From a candidate division FCPU426 bacterium (lineage in GTDB: Bacteria > Oederibacteriota > PGYV01 > Palsa-1178): 64,000 nt of DNA. Below the pieces are notes generated by a model, which ran no database searches, was not told the origin of the DNA, and saw only the letters and a list, made by a program, of their open reading frames with translations. A program made the translations under genes and the position numbers. The stretch lies in assembly GCA_963840035.1 (NCBI GenBank), contig CAWIXE010000001.1, positions 576,001 through 640,000 of the forward strand, given 5' to 3'. Below are positions 9,437-18,089 of this stretch, piece by piece (within the stretch, counting starts at the first letter, position 1; each line of letters begins with the position of its first letter).

Positions 9437-9895
9437 ATGAGGAGAAAAATAATGTTTGATTATGGAAACGAAATGTTCAACTTAACGGCAAGTGACTTAA
9501 GGAAAAGACCGTTCCTTAAGGTATGTGGATTCAAGGCAACTATTAAGCGCAACGAAGAAGAATACTGGGAAGAAACTCTTTATTGGAATGAATCCACAAA
9601 GAAACACTACATTGTGGGCTCAGGTGGTTATAATTCACCATGGATGGAAGTGGCTGATACTCCAACAAAAATTCTATATTGGAACAAGCATGGTAGATTA
9701 CACATTGATAGAACAATGTTGGTTGAGTACGGATGGTGCCCAGGCAGGCGGATATATCAAGTTACAACAGATGAAATGAAGCAGTGGCGTCAGGAAAACG
9801 TAAAAAAGATAGGTGATGGAACATGTAGGATTAGCGTTGTAAGGAGAACGAAGTCCAGCAGACCAGTCAAAACTAAAACTAAAAGTAAAAAGTAA
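9437..9895 (+). CDS. Hypothetical protein, paralogue of 8837-9382
   Basis: Shared motifs; alternative start at the second Met (GAGGAG upstream). Confidence 0.75.
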   Translation: MRRKIMFDYGNEMFNLTASDLRKRPFLKVCGFKATIKRNEEEYWEETLYWNESTKKHYIVGSGGYNSPWMEVADTPTKILYWNKHGRLHIDRTMLVEYGWCPGRRIYQVTTDEMKQWRQENVKKIGDGTCRISVVRRTKSSRPVKTKTKSKK

Positions 9896-9946
9896 TTTAG
9901 TTGTGCTGACGATTAAGTGCGGAGGGATATATTCCCCAATAATCAC

Positions 9947-10132
9947 TTAATGAACTTTTGGTGACTTGCTAATGCGCGGCGAAGGGTCTGACACAATGAC
10001 TTGTGAGTGGTTCTGGTAACGGCGTAGACCGTCTGGTTGTACATATTCCTCTATCCAATACTGTTTCTTGTAGCCGGGCATTTCGAGAGTAACGACGCAG
10101 CCCTTGAAAGCATTAGGTTTATTTTTATCCAT
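9947..10132 (-). CDS. Small hypothetical protein
   Basis: AAGGAG RBS 7 nt before ATG on the minus strand. Confidence 0.55.
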   Translation of the reverse strand: MDKNKPNAFKGCVVTLEMPGYKKQYWIEEYVQPDGLRRYQNHSQVIVSDPSPRISKSPKVH

Positions 10133-10298
10133 TTTTTAACTCCTTGAATTTTGTCGGTCTTTACTGATACCGCAATAGACCGTTTGCGTCAATATCTTTC
10201 CCTTTCCTGCCCACGTACGACCCCGTTGTTACGAGCGGAATCGGGCCTATTTTGAGCCATGTCGCAGAGCCCCCTGACCTTACCCACCCCTGATTAAA

Positions 10299-10862
10299 TC
10301 AAGGTGACGTAGTGGTCGTATTGGCCTTTTCTATTTTGAAATGCCTAAGGCCAACATTGTGGAACACTCTTATCCCATGGTCTTTGAGTTCGTTTACGAA
10401 ACCACCTGGAAAGCGAAGATCCTTAGCAAGGAAAACAAGGTCTTTTACCTGCTCTCTCTTTATGGCGTCCAATTCTACGAGGTCGCTGACACTTTTCGCG
10501 GCCTCAAAGTTTTCAGCCGTAAAGGTCTTTAATGAGACAAGAGAAAGGCGGTTGTTCCTTGCGAACTTGTTGATTATCATACGTGTCTTTAGTGCCTCGC
10601 AATTCGATGCAGACCTGCTTGAAAGGACTATTATCCCTACGGCGTTGTGTGTCATTTTCAAATCGTTCAAGAACTGGACTACGCTCAGCATGTTGGCAGG
10701 CGACGGATTGAATTGCCGTGTGAACCATGCGTTCACGGTATGCGTGCTTACCCCCAGCAACATGGACATCTCTGCGTTTGTGAGTTTGAGTTCCCGGCGT
10801 ATTTTATTCAACTCCAACAACATAGGACTGGCTATCTGATAATCTATATCTTCTGTTTCCAT
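10299..10862 (-). CDS. XRE-type HTH protein with C-terminal alpha/beta domain
   Basis: LNKIRRELKLTNAEMSMLLGVSTHTVNAW...P HTH; start moved to the ATG after GGAGG. Confidence 0.7.
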   Translation of the reverse strand: METEDIDYQIASPMLLELNKIRRELKLTNAEMSMLLGVSTHTVNAWFTRQFNPSPANMLSVVQFLNDLKMTHNAVGIIVLSSRSASNCEALKTRMIINKFARNNRLSLVSLKTFTAENFEAAKSVSDLVELDAIKREQVKDLVFLAKDLRFPGGFVNELKDHGIRVFHNVGLRHFKIEKANTTTTSP

Positions 10863-11057
10863 TTTCCCCTCCGCGATTCGTGTGTGTTTGGGCTTGGGAT
10901 TTTGGTCATGCCCACCAACACCTTGAAATATCAACCGATACTACTTAATGTTAGTAAATACCTTTTTATAGCCAAGTTTGAACCCGTTTTGTATGGATAA
11001 AATACAATAAAGGTGCTAAAATTACTCAATCAATATTTCTAAAATATAGGTGGTGTT

Positions 11058-12167
11058 ATGAGTAAGAAAGCAGGTTTAGCAAAGCATAAGTTCCTTTTGG
11101 GGGAGTTATTCTGTGGTCCTGGTGGTTTGGCTTTAGGTGCTATCAGTTCCGTCATTAAAAATAAGACCTCAAACTTAACAATTGGTCATTCATGGGCAAA
11201 TGATTACGATGAAGATACATGTAAAACCTATGCACATAATATATGCCCAAAAAGTCCTGAAACAGTTATATGTGAGGACGTTAGAAAACTAAATATTGAA
11301 AAACTTCCTGAAATTGACGCGTTTGCATATGGATTCCCTTGTAATGATTTTAGTATTGTAGGAAAACAAAAAGGTTTTGATGGAGAATTTGGACCATTAT
11401 ATACATATGGTGTCAAAATCATTAATAAATTTAGGCCAAAATTCTTTATTGCAGAAAATGTTGGCGGATTAAGAAACGCAAATGAAGGCAAGGCCTTTAA
11501 AAAGATATTACACGATTTACGTAGTTCGGGAAATGGTTATGAGTTGACGACTAACCTATACAAATCAGAAGAATATGGAGTCCCTCAGACAAGACATAGG
11601 ATAATAATAGTTGGAATAGATAAGAAATATGGCATGAGATTTGAAGTTCCAGCACCTACTACAAAAGGTGACCCTATTACAACAAGGGAAGCATTTGAAA
11701 ATCCAATAATACAAAAAGATGCGCCAAATAATGATTTTACAAAAGTGTCTGATGTAGTAATCGAACGGTTAAAACTAATAAAGCCCGGTCAAAATGTCTG
11801 GAATGCCGATTTACCTCAGCATTTGAAATTGAATGTAAAAGGTGCAAAATTAAGTCAAATTTATAAACGACTTGACCCAAATAAGCCATCCTATACGCTT
11901 ACTGGCAGTGGCGGAGGTGGCACGCATGGATATCATTATGAACACCCAAGGCCATTAACTAATCGTGAAAGAGCAAGAATTCAAACCTTTCCTGACTGGT
12001 TTACTTTTATTGGTTCAAGAGAGAGTGTAAGAAAGCAAATTGGTATGGCTGTACCTGTGAAACTATCAAATATCATTTTTACATCTGTTTTGAAAATGTT
12101 TGCACATATCGATTATCCAAGTACGAAACCAAGTGTTGAAGAAGAAACGCAAGAGGTCGTATTTTAA
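11058..12167 (+). CDS. C5-cytosine DNA methyltransferase
   Basis: Motifs ELFCGPGG, GFPCNDFS, ENV, PQTRHR, RERARIQTFP, QIGMAV. Confidence 0.96.
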   Translation: MSKKAGLAKHKFLLGELFCGPGGLALGAISSVIKNKTSNLTIGHSWANDYDEDTCKTYAHNICPKSPETVICEDVRKLNIEKLPEIDAFAYGFPCNDFSIVGKQKGFDGEFGPLYTYGVKIINKFRPKFFIAENVGGLRNANEGKAFKKILHDLRSSGNGYELTTNLYKSEEYGVPQTRHRIIIVGIDKKYGMRFEVPAPTTKGDPITTREAFENPIIQKDAPNNDFTKVSDVVIERLKLIKPGQNVWNADLPQHLKLNVKGAKLSQIYKRLDPNKPSYTLTGSGGGGTHGYHYEHPRPLTNRERARIQTFPDWFTFIGSRESVRKQIGMAVPVKLSNIIFTSVLKMFAHIDYPSTKPSVEEETQEVVF

Positions 12168-12185
12168 TAATAAAAGGGGTAAAAA

Positions 12186-13154
12186 ATGACTGCAGAAGAA
12201 GTTCTACTCAAAATTTCGGAATTTATCCATACAAGCCCCGAGGAAAGCGCAAAAATATTTGAAAAAGCAGTAGCGAGCAAAGAGATTACCGATGACAAAG
12301 ATACCGGTCTGATAGATGACTGGTTTAATAACAGATTTAAATCCAACATTGTATTTATAGACCAAGAAGGTTATGCAAAAATGTGCATTGATGCGCTTAA
12401 AATTGTTGGAACTATTGCGGCCACTGATTATGGAAGTAGCAGACAACGAGACCTCGGCCAATTGTGGGCAGATATGACTCGTGGATATTTAGGTGAACTT
12501 GCTTTTACAAAATTGTTGAAGGAAAGATGGGATATAGATTCCACATTAGACCACAGTGCAGGGGCATTGGACGATTTTATAAACTTAGACATCCACAAAA
12601 TCAAAAAGCCAAACGAACTTGAACGCCCTCCAAAGTTGAACATTGGAATAAAAACAACAAAATGGAATGGCATATGGCTTGATATCCCAGGAGACCAATT
12701 TAATCATTCAGATATCCATATATTTATAAAAGTTGGTACTGGTAGAGACCATTTATTTGCTTACTTTAGAGAAATAAGTGTATTTAAAGATAAAATTTTG
12801 AAAAAAGGAACTGATAGTGGCATCTTGAACCAGTCAGAAGCGGATGATTTGTATGATAAACTTCCAAAATTTCATTCCATCCCCGCATACATTTGTGGCT
12901 TTGTTGAAAGAGATAAAAAATATAAAAAACTATCATATGGTGGGTCGAAAGGTAGAAAAAATTATAAAATTGACGAATGGCATGGTCCAATGGAACCGTC
13001 TGACTTACCAATTATAAAAGAAAAAGAAGAAGTTTACGGTAAAGTTTCCTTTGAAGGTATCGGTGAATTTTCAAATAGCAAACGATACTTATTTAATGCT
13101 GGTAATTTATTATGGAAAAAAGAAGATTGGGACAAAGTTATAGAAAGGATTTAA
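12186..13154 (+). CDS. Putative type II restriction endonuclease
   Basis: Directly downstream of the MTase; GYLGELAF...D...IGIKTT resembles a PD-(D/E)xK variant. Confidence 0.6.
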   Translation: MTAEEVLLKISEFIHTSPEESAKIFEKAVASKEITDDKDTGLIDDWFNNRFKSNIVFIDQEGYAKMCIDALKIVGTIAATDYGSSRQRDLGQLWADMTRGYLGELAFTKLLKERWDIDSTLDHSAGALDDFINLDIHKIKKPNELERPPKLNIGIKTTKWNGIWLDIPGDQFNHSDIHIFIKVGTGRDHLFAYFREISVFKDKILKKGTDSGILNQSEADDLYDKLPKFHSIPAYICGFVERDKKYKKLSYGGSKGRKNYKIDEWHGPMEPSDLPIIKEKEEVYGKVSFEGIGEFSNSKRYLFNAGNLLWKKEDWDKVIERI

Positions 13155-13258
13155 AATTAGGCAACATTATCCTAGCCGTCAATTATCATAACTGCTAACC
13201 CATTGAAATAGGTTGACATTTTACCTCTGGAAATTCAACGAAAGAGGAGGTAAAATAT

Positions 13259-14833
13259 ATGTGGTTCATGAAGAAAAAGAAAGAAAAGGGAAAGAGAAAA
13301 TACACAAAAAGCGACTCCGCCGGTAAAATCTACTCAAAAGAAGAAAAACTAAAACTGCTAAAAGAATTTGAACAGATAGGTGCGCCTATTACTATGTTCT
13401 GTAAGTGGTATGGAATGGGCGTCGGTACTTTTAAAAGCTGGCAAGAAAGGTACAAAACAGGCGGTGAAGAGGGGCTGGAAGATAACCGCGGCGGCAAAGT
13501 AGCGCAGGAAGTACCGGAAGCGGTAAAAGCGGAAATAGTCAAATTAAAGCTGGAAAATCCCGGAATTGGAGTTAAGAAAATCGGGGATTATTTGATGCGC
13601 AATAAGTTCGTAAAAGTATGCCGCGACGGTATTGAAAAAGTCCTCCGAACCGACCCTCAGACAGCAACAATGGTACAGGAAAAAAGCCTGCGGCATGGAA
13701 ATAGTCAAAAGGAACCGCAGCGTTTTGAAAGAAGCAAACCCGGCGACATGTACCAGATGGATATAATGACATTTATGCTGCAGGGGCTGTACCGGATATA
13801 TGTAATAGCATGTCTGGATGATTATTCGCGGTTTGTCGTCAGTATAGGGGTATTTCGGAACCAAACCAGCGACAGGGTCCTGGATGTGCTAAAAAACGCG
13901 ATAGAAAAGTACGGCATGCCAAAAGAAGTGCTTACTGATAACGGCAGGCAGTTTGCCAGTTGGAGGGGGAAAAGCACATTTCAAAAATTCCTTACAAGAA
14001 GCGGAATAAGCCATTTGAGAAGCCGGCCGTATCATCCCCAAACCTGCGGAAAAGTTGAATCGCTCTGGCGGAATATGTACCAGGAATTACTAAGTAAAGA
14101 GCCGATATCCAGCTTTGAAGACGCGCAGGAAAAGATAGGAAAATGGGTGGAATGGTATAACTTCAAAAGGCCGCATCAGGGGATTGATGGGTTACTGCCT
14201 GCTGACAGGTTTTTCAGCGTTGAAAAGTCGGTGCGTGAAGTTATGGAAAAAGGGGCAGGAATGGTAAAAGACGCGCTAATTGTTGACCCGAGAAAATTAA
14301 AAGAGCCTATGTATTTAATCGGAAAAATAGGCGGAAAAGAAATACGGGTAATAGCAAAAGAAGGAAGTGTTATGGTTGAGGGGTTAGATGCAGTGGAGGA
14401 AAAAAAGGAAAATAAAGAAAATAAGGGGGTAATTGAAAATGGAACAGGAGAAAATTCAGCAGGAAATGATGGAACAGAAATCCACGAAGTACTACAGGGA
14501 AATCCCATACGAGGTGAAGTTTCAGGCAGTACTGAAAGTAATGGCAAAGGAAAAGAAGGTGAAACAGGTCTGCGAGGAGATGGATATATCGAGGGAGACG
14601 TTCCGGGAGTGGAAGAAAATAGCGCTGGAAGGGATAGCCAGGGCGTTCCTGAAGACGGAGAAGAGAGGCAGGAAGCCGAAGAACTACGTGAAGGAAGAGG
14701 ATCTGAGGGAAACAGTGACAAAGGCGCAGGAAGAACAGCGGAAGCTGGAGGAAAAGATCCGGATACTGGAGGAAGAAAAGAAAAAGGCGACACAGGAACT
14801 GCAGATAGCCAGGAAAGCAACGAGCTTCTTTGA
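13259..14833 (+). CDS. IS481-like transposase (HTH + rve core)
   Basis: YQMDI, LDDYSRF, LTDNGRQF, HPQTCGKVE, YNFKRPHQGI. Confidence 0.92.
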   Translation: MWFMKKKKEKGKRKYTKSDSAGKIYSKEEKLKLLKEFEQIGAPITMFCKWYGMGVGTFKSWQERYKTGGEEGLEDNRGGKVAQEVPEAVKAEIVKLKLENPGIGVKKIGDYLMRNKFVKVCRDGIEKVLRTDPQTATMVQEKSLRHGNSQKEPQRFERSKPGDMYQMDIMTFMLQGLYRIYVIACLDDYSRFVVSIGVFRNQTSDRVLDVLKNAIEKYGMPKEVLTDNGRQFASWRGKSTFQKFLTRSGISHLRSRPYHPQTCGKVESLWRNMYQELLSKEPISSFEDAQEKIGKWVEWYNFKRPHQGIDGLLPADRFFSVEKSVREVMEKGAGMVKDALIVDPRKLKEPMYLIGKIGGKEIRVIAKEGSVMVEGLDAVEEKKENKENKGVIENGTGENSAGNDGTEIHEVLQGNPIRGEVSGSTESNGKGKEGETGLRGDGYIEGDVPGVEENSAGRDSQGVPEDGEERQEAEELREGRGSEGNSDKGAGRTAEAGGKDPDTGGRKEKGDTGTADSQESNELL

Positions 14834-14939
14834 AAAAAACGATGAAGACGGCGCAAAAAAAAACGCCAATATGCGGAAAGTGTTAAAAGAAATATACTCA
14901 GAAGTGCCGAAGAAACCGTACAAAACGGAGGAAGTATAA
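14433..14939 (+). CDS. IS3-type OrfA (HTH + coiled coil)
   Basis: VKQVCEEMDISRETFREWKK HTH; leucine-zipper-like region; A9 slippery run at 14855-14863. Confidence 0.8.
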   Translation: MKMEQEKIQQEMMEQKSTKYYREIPYEVKFQAVLKVMAKEKKVKQVCEEMDISRETFREWKKIALEGIARAFLKTEKRGRKPKNYVKEEDLRETVTKAQEEQRKLEEKIRILEEEKKKATQELQIARKATSFFEKNDEDGAKKNANMRKVLKEIYSEVPKKPYKTEEV

Positions 14940-15904
14940 AGGCGTATTTTGATTCAATCGGGGTTCCAAGGGAGTATTATTATGCGTGGAAAAAGAAAGA
15001 TACCCTGGAACCCCAAAAGACAGGGCCGAAACATGCGCCGTGGGCCTTGTCTGGTGAAACAATACTCCGGGTGCTGGAATTAAAACGGAGGTTTTCGGAA
15101 ATATCAACTAATTATGTTTTGGCAATAAAAGCGGGTATATCGCCAAGCAGCGTTGCAAAAATAGTTTATGAGTATTTTGGGCCCAGGAAAAAGCAAAAAG
15201 CGGGAAAGAAAGAGTACAAGTCAGTTGAATGGCTAAAAAAGCATGTCAGCTGGGCGCTAGATACGATTAAAATACGCTGCGAAGAAGGGTATGTGTATGT
15301 TCAGCTGGTATTTGAGGAGTACTCAAGGTGTGTGCTTGGTTGGATTATGAGTTATTCAAATACCGGTGAAAAGGCGAAAATCCTGCTTGAACGCGTGATG
15401 AACGAGCAGGGAATAAAACCGCTTGTGGTTAAAACTGACAGGGGTTCTGAGTTTCAGAACGAAGTATTAATAAGTTATTTGAAAGAAAAAGAGATTCTCA
15501 CGATGCCCAGCCCCGGGCATTATCCGCTTTTCAACGGGAAACTGGAGCGCGAAAATCAGATATTTGAGAAATATCTGAAAACTGAAAAAGGAGGGTTAAA
15601 TTACGAAAAAGTATACGCCAAATTTGAAAGAGCGATTTATGAGATTAATCACGAAATGCCGCGGCGTATATTTGACGGCAAAACAAGCGCTGAAGTTTTC
15701 AAAAACGGAGAAATATACAAAAACGAAGAAAAGCATGAGCTAATTAAAAAAGCTGAAAATGCGATTGCGGAAATTGAAAAACAGAAAATACCGGGACTGG
15801 ATAAACTTGACGTTGTGAGGAAGGCCGTGGTAAAATCAGTTGTAGATATGGGGTTGTGTTTGATCAAATCCGGAGAACAAAATGTCAACCAATTTGCGGG
15901 GTAA
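14855..15904 (+). CDS. Second DDE transposase (OrfB), probably reached by -1 frameshift
   Basis: The -1 frame is open from the A9 run and reads KRQYAESVKRNIL...IGVPREYYYAWKK, then WALDT, KTDRGSEF, NGKLER. Confidence 0.85.
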   Translation, partial: KKKRQYAESVKRNILRSAEETVQNGGSIKAYFDSIGVPREYYYAWKKKDTLEPQKTGPKHAPWALSGETILRVLELKRRFSEISTNYVLAIKAGISPSSVAKIVYEYFGPRKKQKAGKKEYKSVEWLKKHVSWALDTIKIRCEEGYVYVQLVFEEYSRCVLGWIMSYSNTGEKAKILLERVMNEQGIKPLVVKTDRGSEFQNEVLISYLKEKEILTMPSPGHYPLFNGKLERENQIFEKYLKTEKGGLNYEKVYAKFERAIYEINHEMPRRIFDGKTSAEVFKNGEIYKNEEKHELIKKAENAIAEIEKQKIPGLDKLDVVRKAVVKSVVDMGLCLIKSGEQNVNQFAG

Positions 15905-15923
15905 AAAGTGACAATAATTGACA

Positions 15924-16447
15924 GGCAGGACAATCATGAAGACCCTGAGTTTATCGCAGCGTGTAAGAAGAGCGATGCTGAAAAGGAACTGAGAGAAGCC
16001 AACTTAAGACGCGATTTTGGGGCAAAAGTTCTCAGTGAGCAAGGCAAAGATAAGACAATTGTGTTGGATAAGGTTGGTATGATATTCCTTGCGAGGTCTG
16101 GTAAGGCACTATATACGACCTCTTGCGAGATAGAGGTAGATGGCGGATACACGGCCGAGATAGGGTTTAGAGAGGACACATACCCGGAACTGTTGCGGAT
16201 ATTGAAACAAAGGTTACCTGAGCATTACAGGACAAAGATAACTGACAAACTTGAAAAGGAGTACACAAAGCCCATATACATACCCTGGTTCACAGCGTTT
16301 GACTTTCGAATCGAAGCAGTGTTAGGTTCGCCATTACACCATCAGGATGGCAGAGAGTTTATCCCTTTCTATGCCACTAAGGTTGAGGAAATTAGAGTGG
16401 AATACAGTAAACGTAAGAAGAGGCAGTCAAAAAAACCACAAGTTTAG
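15924..16447 (+). pseudogene. Hypothetical protein, apparently 5'-truncated by the IS
   Basis: The start called in the ORF track (GTG 15908) lies inside the right IR. Confidence 0.5.
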
Positions 16448-16531
16448 TCGGTAAGGGCCTTTACTGGTTTTAATACTTGCCTTTGCAATTAAAGGTGCTA
16501 AAATGGGTTAAATTAATCAGGGAGGTTTATA

Positions 16532-16753
16532 ATGTCCGCACAAAAACTATCAGAAGAATTAAAAAACTTGATGTTAGAAAAAGAAGTGAAAGCAAAAATG
16601 TTAGAAGTTGAAAAAATAGGACTTAAACCTACTGGCGAAGATTTTGAAAAGTATTGCCAAGTAAGAAGAGTCAAAGAAAATACCTCAAGGGCTATAATCC
16701 TACAAATTATGCTTGACTATTGCGACGACCTACTCAGAGAACACAAAAAATAG
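16532..16753 (+). CDS. Small hypothetical protein
   Basis: GGGAGG RBS; TTGCCT...TAAAAT promoter-like sequence upstream. Confidence 0.65.
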   Translation: MSAQKLSEELKNLMLEKEVKAKMLEVEKIGLKPTGEDFEKYCQVRRVKENTSRAIILQIMLDYCDDLLREHKK

Positions 16754-16776
16754 TTTTGAATTATAAAGGGTGAACA

Positions 16777-17352
16777 ATGACACGAGTATCAATAATTTAT
16801 TCAAATGGTTCTGCAAAAATAGAAATGCCCGACAAGGAAAATGTAGAGATGACTTTTCCAAGTGGGGCATCTACACATTTTCATTTTAAAGATTTTGTTC
16901 GGAATTGTAGTTTCGCTATTGCTCATACAAGCGATGAATGGAGTTTTTTGTATGATAAAAATAGTTACTGGCAATCGCCGCTAAATGTACGAGGGACAGA
17001 TGAATTAATGGCTGTAGTTAGTTTATTTCATTTTTGTCATGAAATCTTTGGAAACAATAAAACAAAAACAACTGATTTTTTAAGCAATGTCTTTGTTGAT
17101 TCATTACCTGCTGGTAACTACTTGATAGTTCCCGGAGTAGAATTACAGAACGAACTAAAAGAATTCCCTATTTTTGTAAATAAAGGAAGAGTATACAAGT
17201 GTGAGATTGAAATGGACGGGTCTGCAAAAATTGAGTTTTATTTTAGGCCCTACAACACACCTATGTTAAGTATGAGTCAAATCAATGAAAAGGAAAGAGA
17301 TTTGAACGACAAGTTAAAAAGTGAATATCGTAGGATACTCGGCAATGTTTAG
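16777..17352 (+). CDS. Hypothetical protein
   Basis: 191-aa ORF with AAAGGGTG RBS. Confidence 0.65.
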   Translation: MTRVSIIYSNGSAKIEMPDKENVEMTFPSGASTHFHFKDFVRNCSFAIAHTSDEWSFLYDKNSYWQSPLNVRGTDELMAVVSLFHFCHEIFGNNKTKTTDFLSNVFVDSLPAGNYLIVPGVELQNELKEFPIFVNKGRVYKCEIEMDGSAKIEFYFRPYNTPMLSMSQINEKERDLNDKLKSEYRRILGNV

Positions 17353-17782
17353 AGCATATATTGCCACCCTAATTGCAAACCTTGTTGACGCATATTACAT
17401 TTATGTTATTTCCTATCTTATAGGGATGATTCCATTTGTGTGGGTCAGTATACCAAAAATTCGAAAGAACCACTGGATTGCCGTTAAGGACAACAAGGTC
17501 TACGATAACGGGGATATTAAGAAAGACAACATGTACCTAAATGGAATAATTGAGGAACTTATACCACTTGGTAATCTAACATTCGCAATTGCCTTTTTAG
17601 CAGATAAGGAGTTAAGTCCTATTGCAAGAGAATTAGCGATTATATTTTTTGTAATTTGTTTTATTGCATTTACAATTTCAAACATTAAAAATATTAAAGA
17701 TACGAAGTTTGTATATCATGTACATACGTTTTTGATGTTTTTAGGTGCAGCGATTGTATTCTATTTTTACTTTATAAAATAA
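17345..17782 (+). CDS. Hypothetical multi-TM membrane protein
   Basis: ATG overlaps the upstream stop; about four hydrophobic segments. Confidence 0.65.
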   Translation: MFRAYIATLIANLVDAYYIYVISYLIGMIPFVWVSIPKIRKNHWIAVKDNKVYDNGDIKKDNMYLNGIIEELIPLGNLTFAIAFLADKELSPIARELAIIFFVICFIAFTISNIKNIKDTKFVYHVHTFLMFLGAAIVFYFYFIK

Positions 17783-17927
17783 CCAGTTATTTCTAAGGTA
17801 ATTATTTACAAGTTATATCAGTTCGGTTCTCTGGCGCCGACAAACTGCGCAACCGTTCGTAGGTGGAATCGAAATCATCGGTGGTAAACCAATTTTGAAG
17901 TGAGGCAAAACTCGGACACTCAAAATA

Positions 17928-17945
17928 TCCCACCGCCTCCACCAA
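17928..17945 (+). repeat. Right att core (displaced tmRNA 3' end)
   Basis: Identical to 5187-5204. Confidence 0.93.
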
Positions 17946-17984
17946 ACAAAAACATCCGCGAAAGCGGATTTTTTTGTTTGGTGG
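17939..17984 (+). terminator. Intrinsic terminator, probably the native ssrA terminator
   Basis: ATCCGC-GAAA-GCGGAT stem + T tract directly after the displaced CCA end. Confidence 0.8.
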
Positions 17985-18028
17985 AAAAACAGGTAAAAAG
18001 CAAATCCAAATTTGTATCAGAAGCAAAC

Positions 18029-18075
18029 TTGCCCGTGGCACATACATGTGATATACTGGTTTATCGGTAACCTAA
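18029..18075 (+). promoter_or_regulatory. Promoter and imperfect operator upstream of the LacI gene
   Basis: TTGCCC-N17-TATACT followed by GGTTTATCGGTAACCTAA. Confidence 0.6.
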
Positions 18076-18089
18076 TACCAGGAGGAACT

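Larger units (their letters stand above)
13177..15923 (+). mobile_element. 2747-bp IS-like element with two DDE transposases
   Basis: Imperfect ~47-bp terminal IRs (CGTCAATTAT...GGTTGACATTTT / AAAATGTCAACC...ATAATTGACA). Confidence 0.85.
5187..17945. mobile_element. Integrative element/genomic island in the tmRNA 3' end (~12.7 kb)
   Basis: 18-bp direct repeat at both ends, integrase next to the left end, AT-richer accessory cargo. Confidence 0.93.

Noticed and set aside
14176..14856. 226-aa minus-strand Ser/Pro-rich ORF
   Set aside because: Antisense of the doubly coding purine-rich overlap region
17802..18047. Minus-strand ORF across the right att site as the integrase's alternative tail
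   Set aside because: It is in a different frame from the integrase when joined through the 18-bp core, and it spans a terminator
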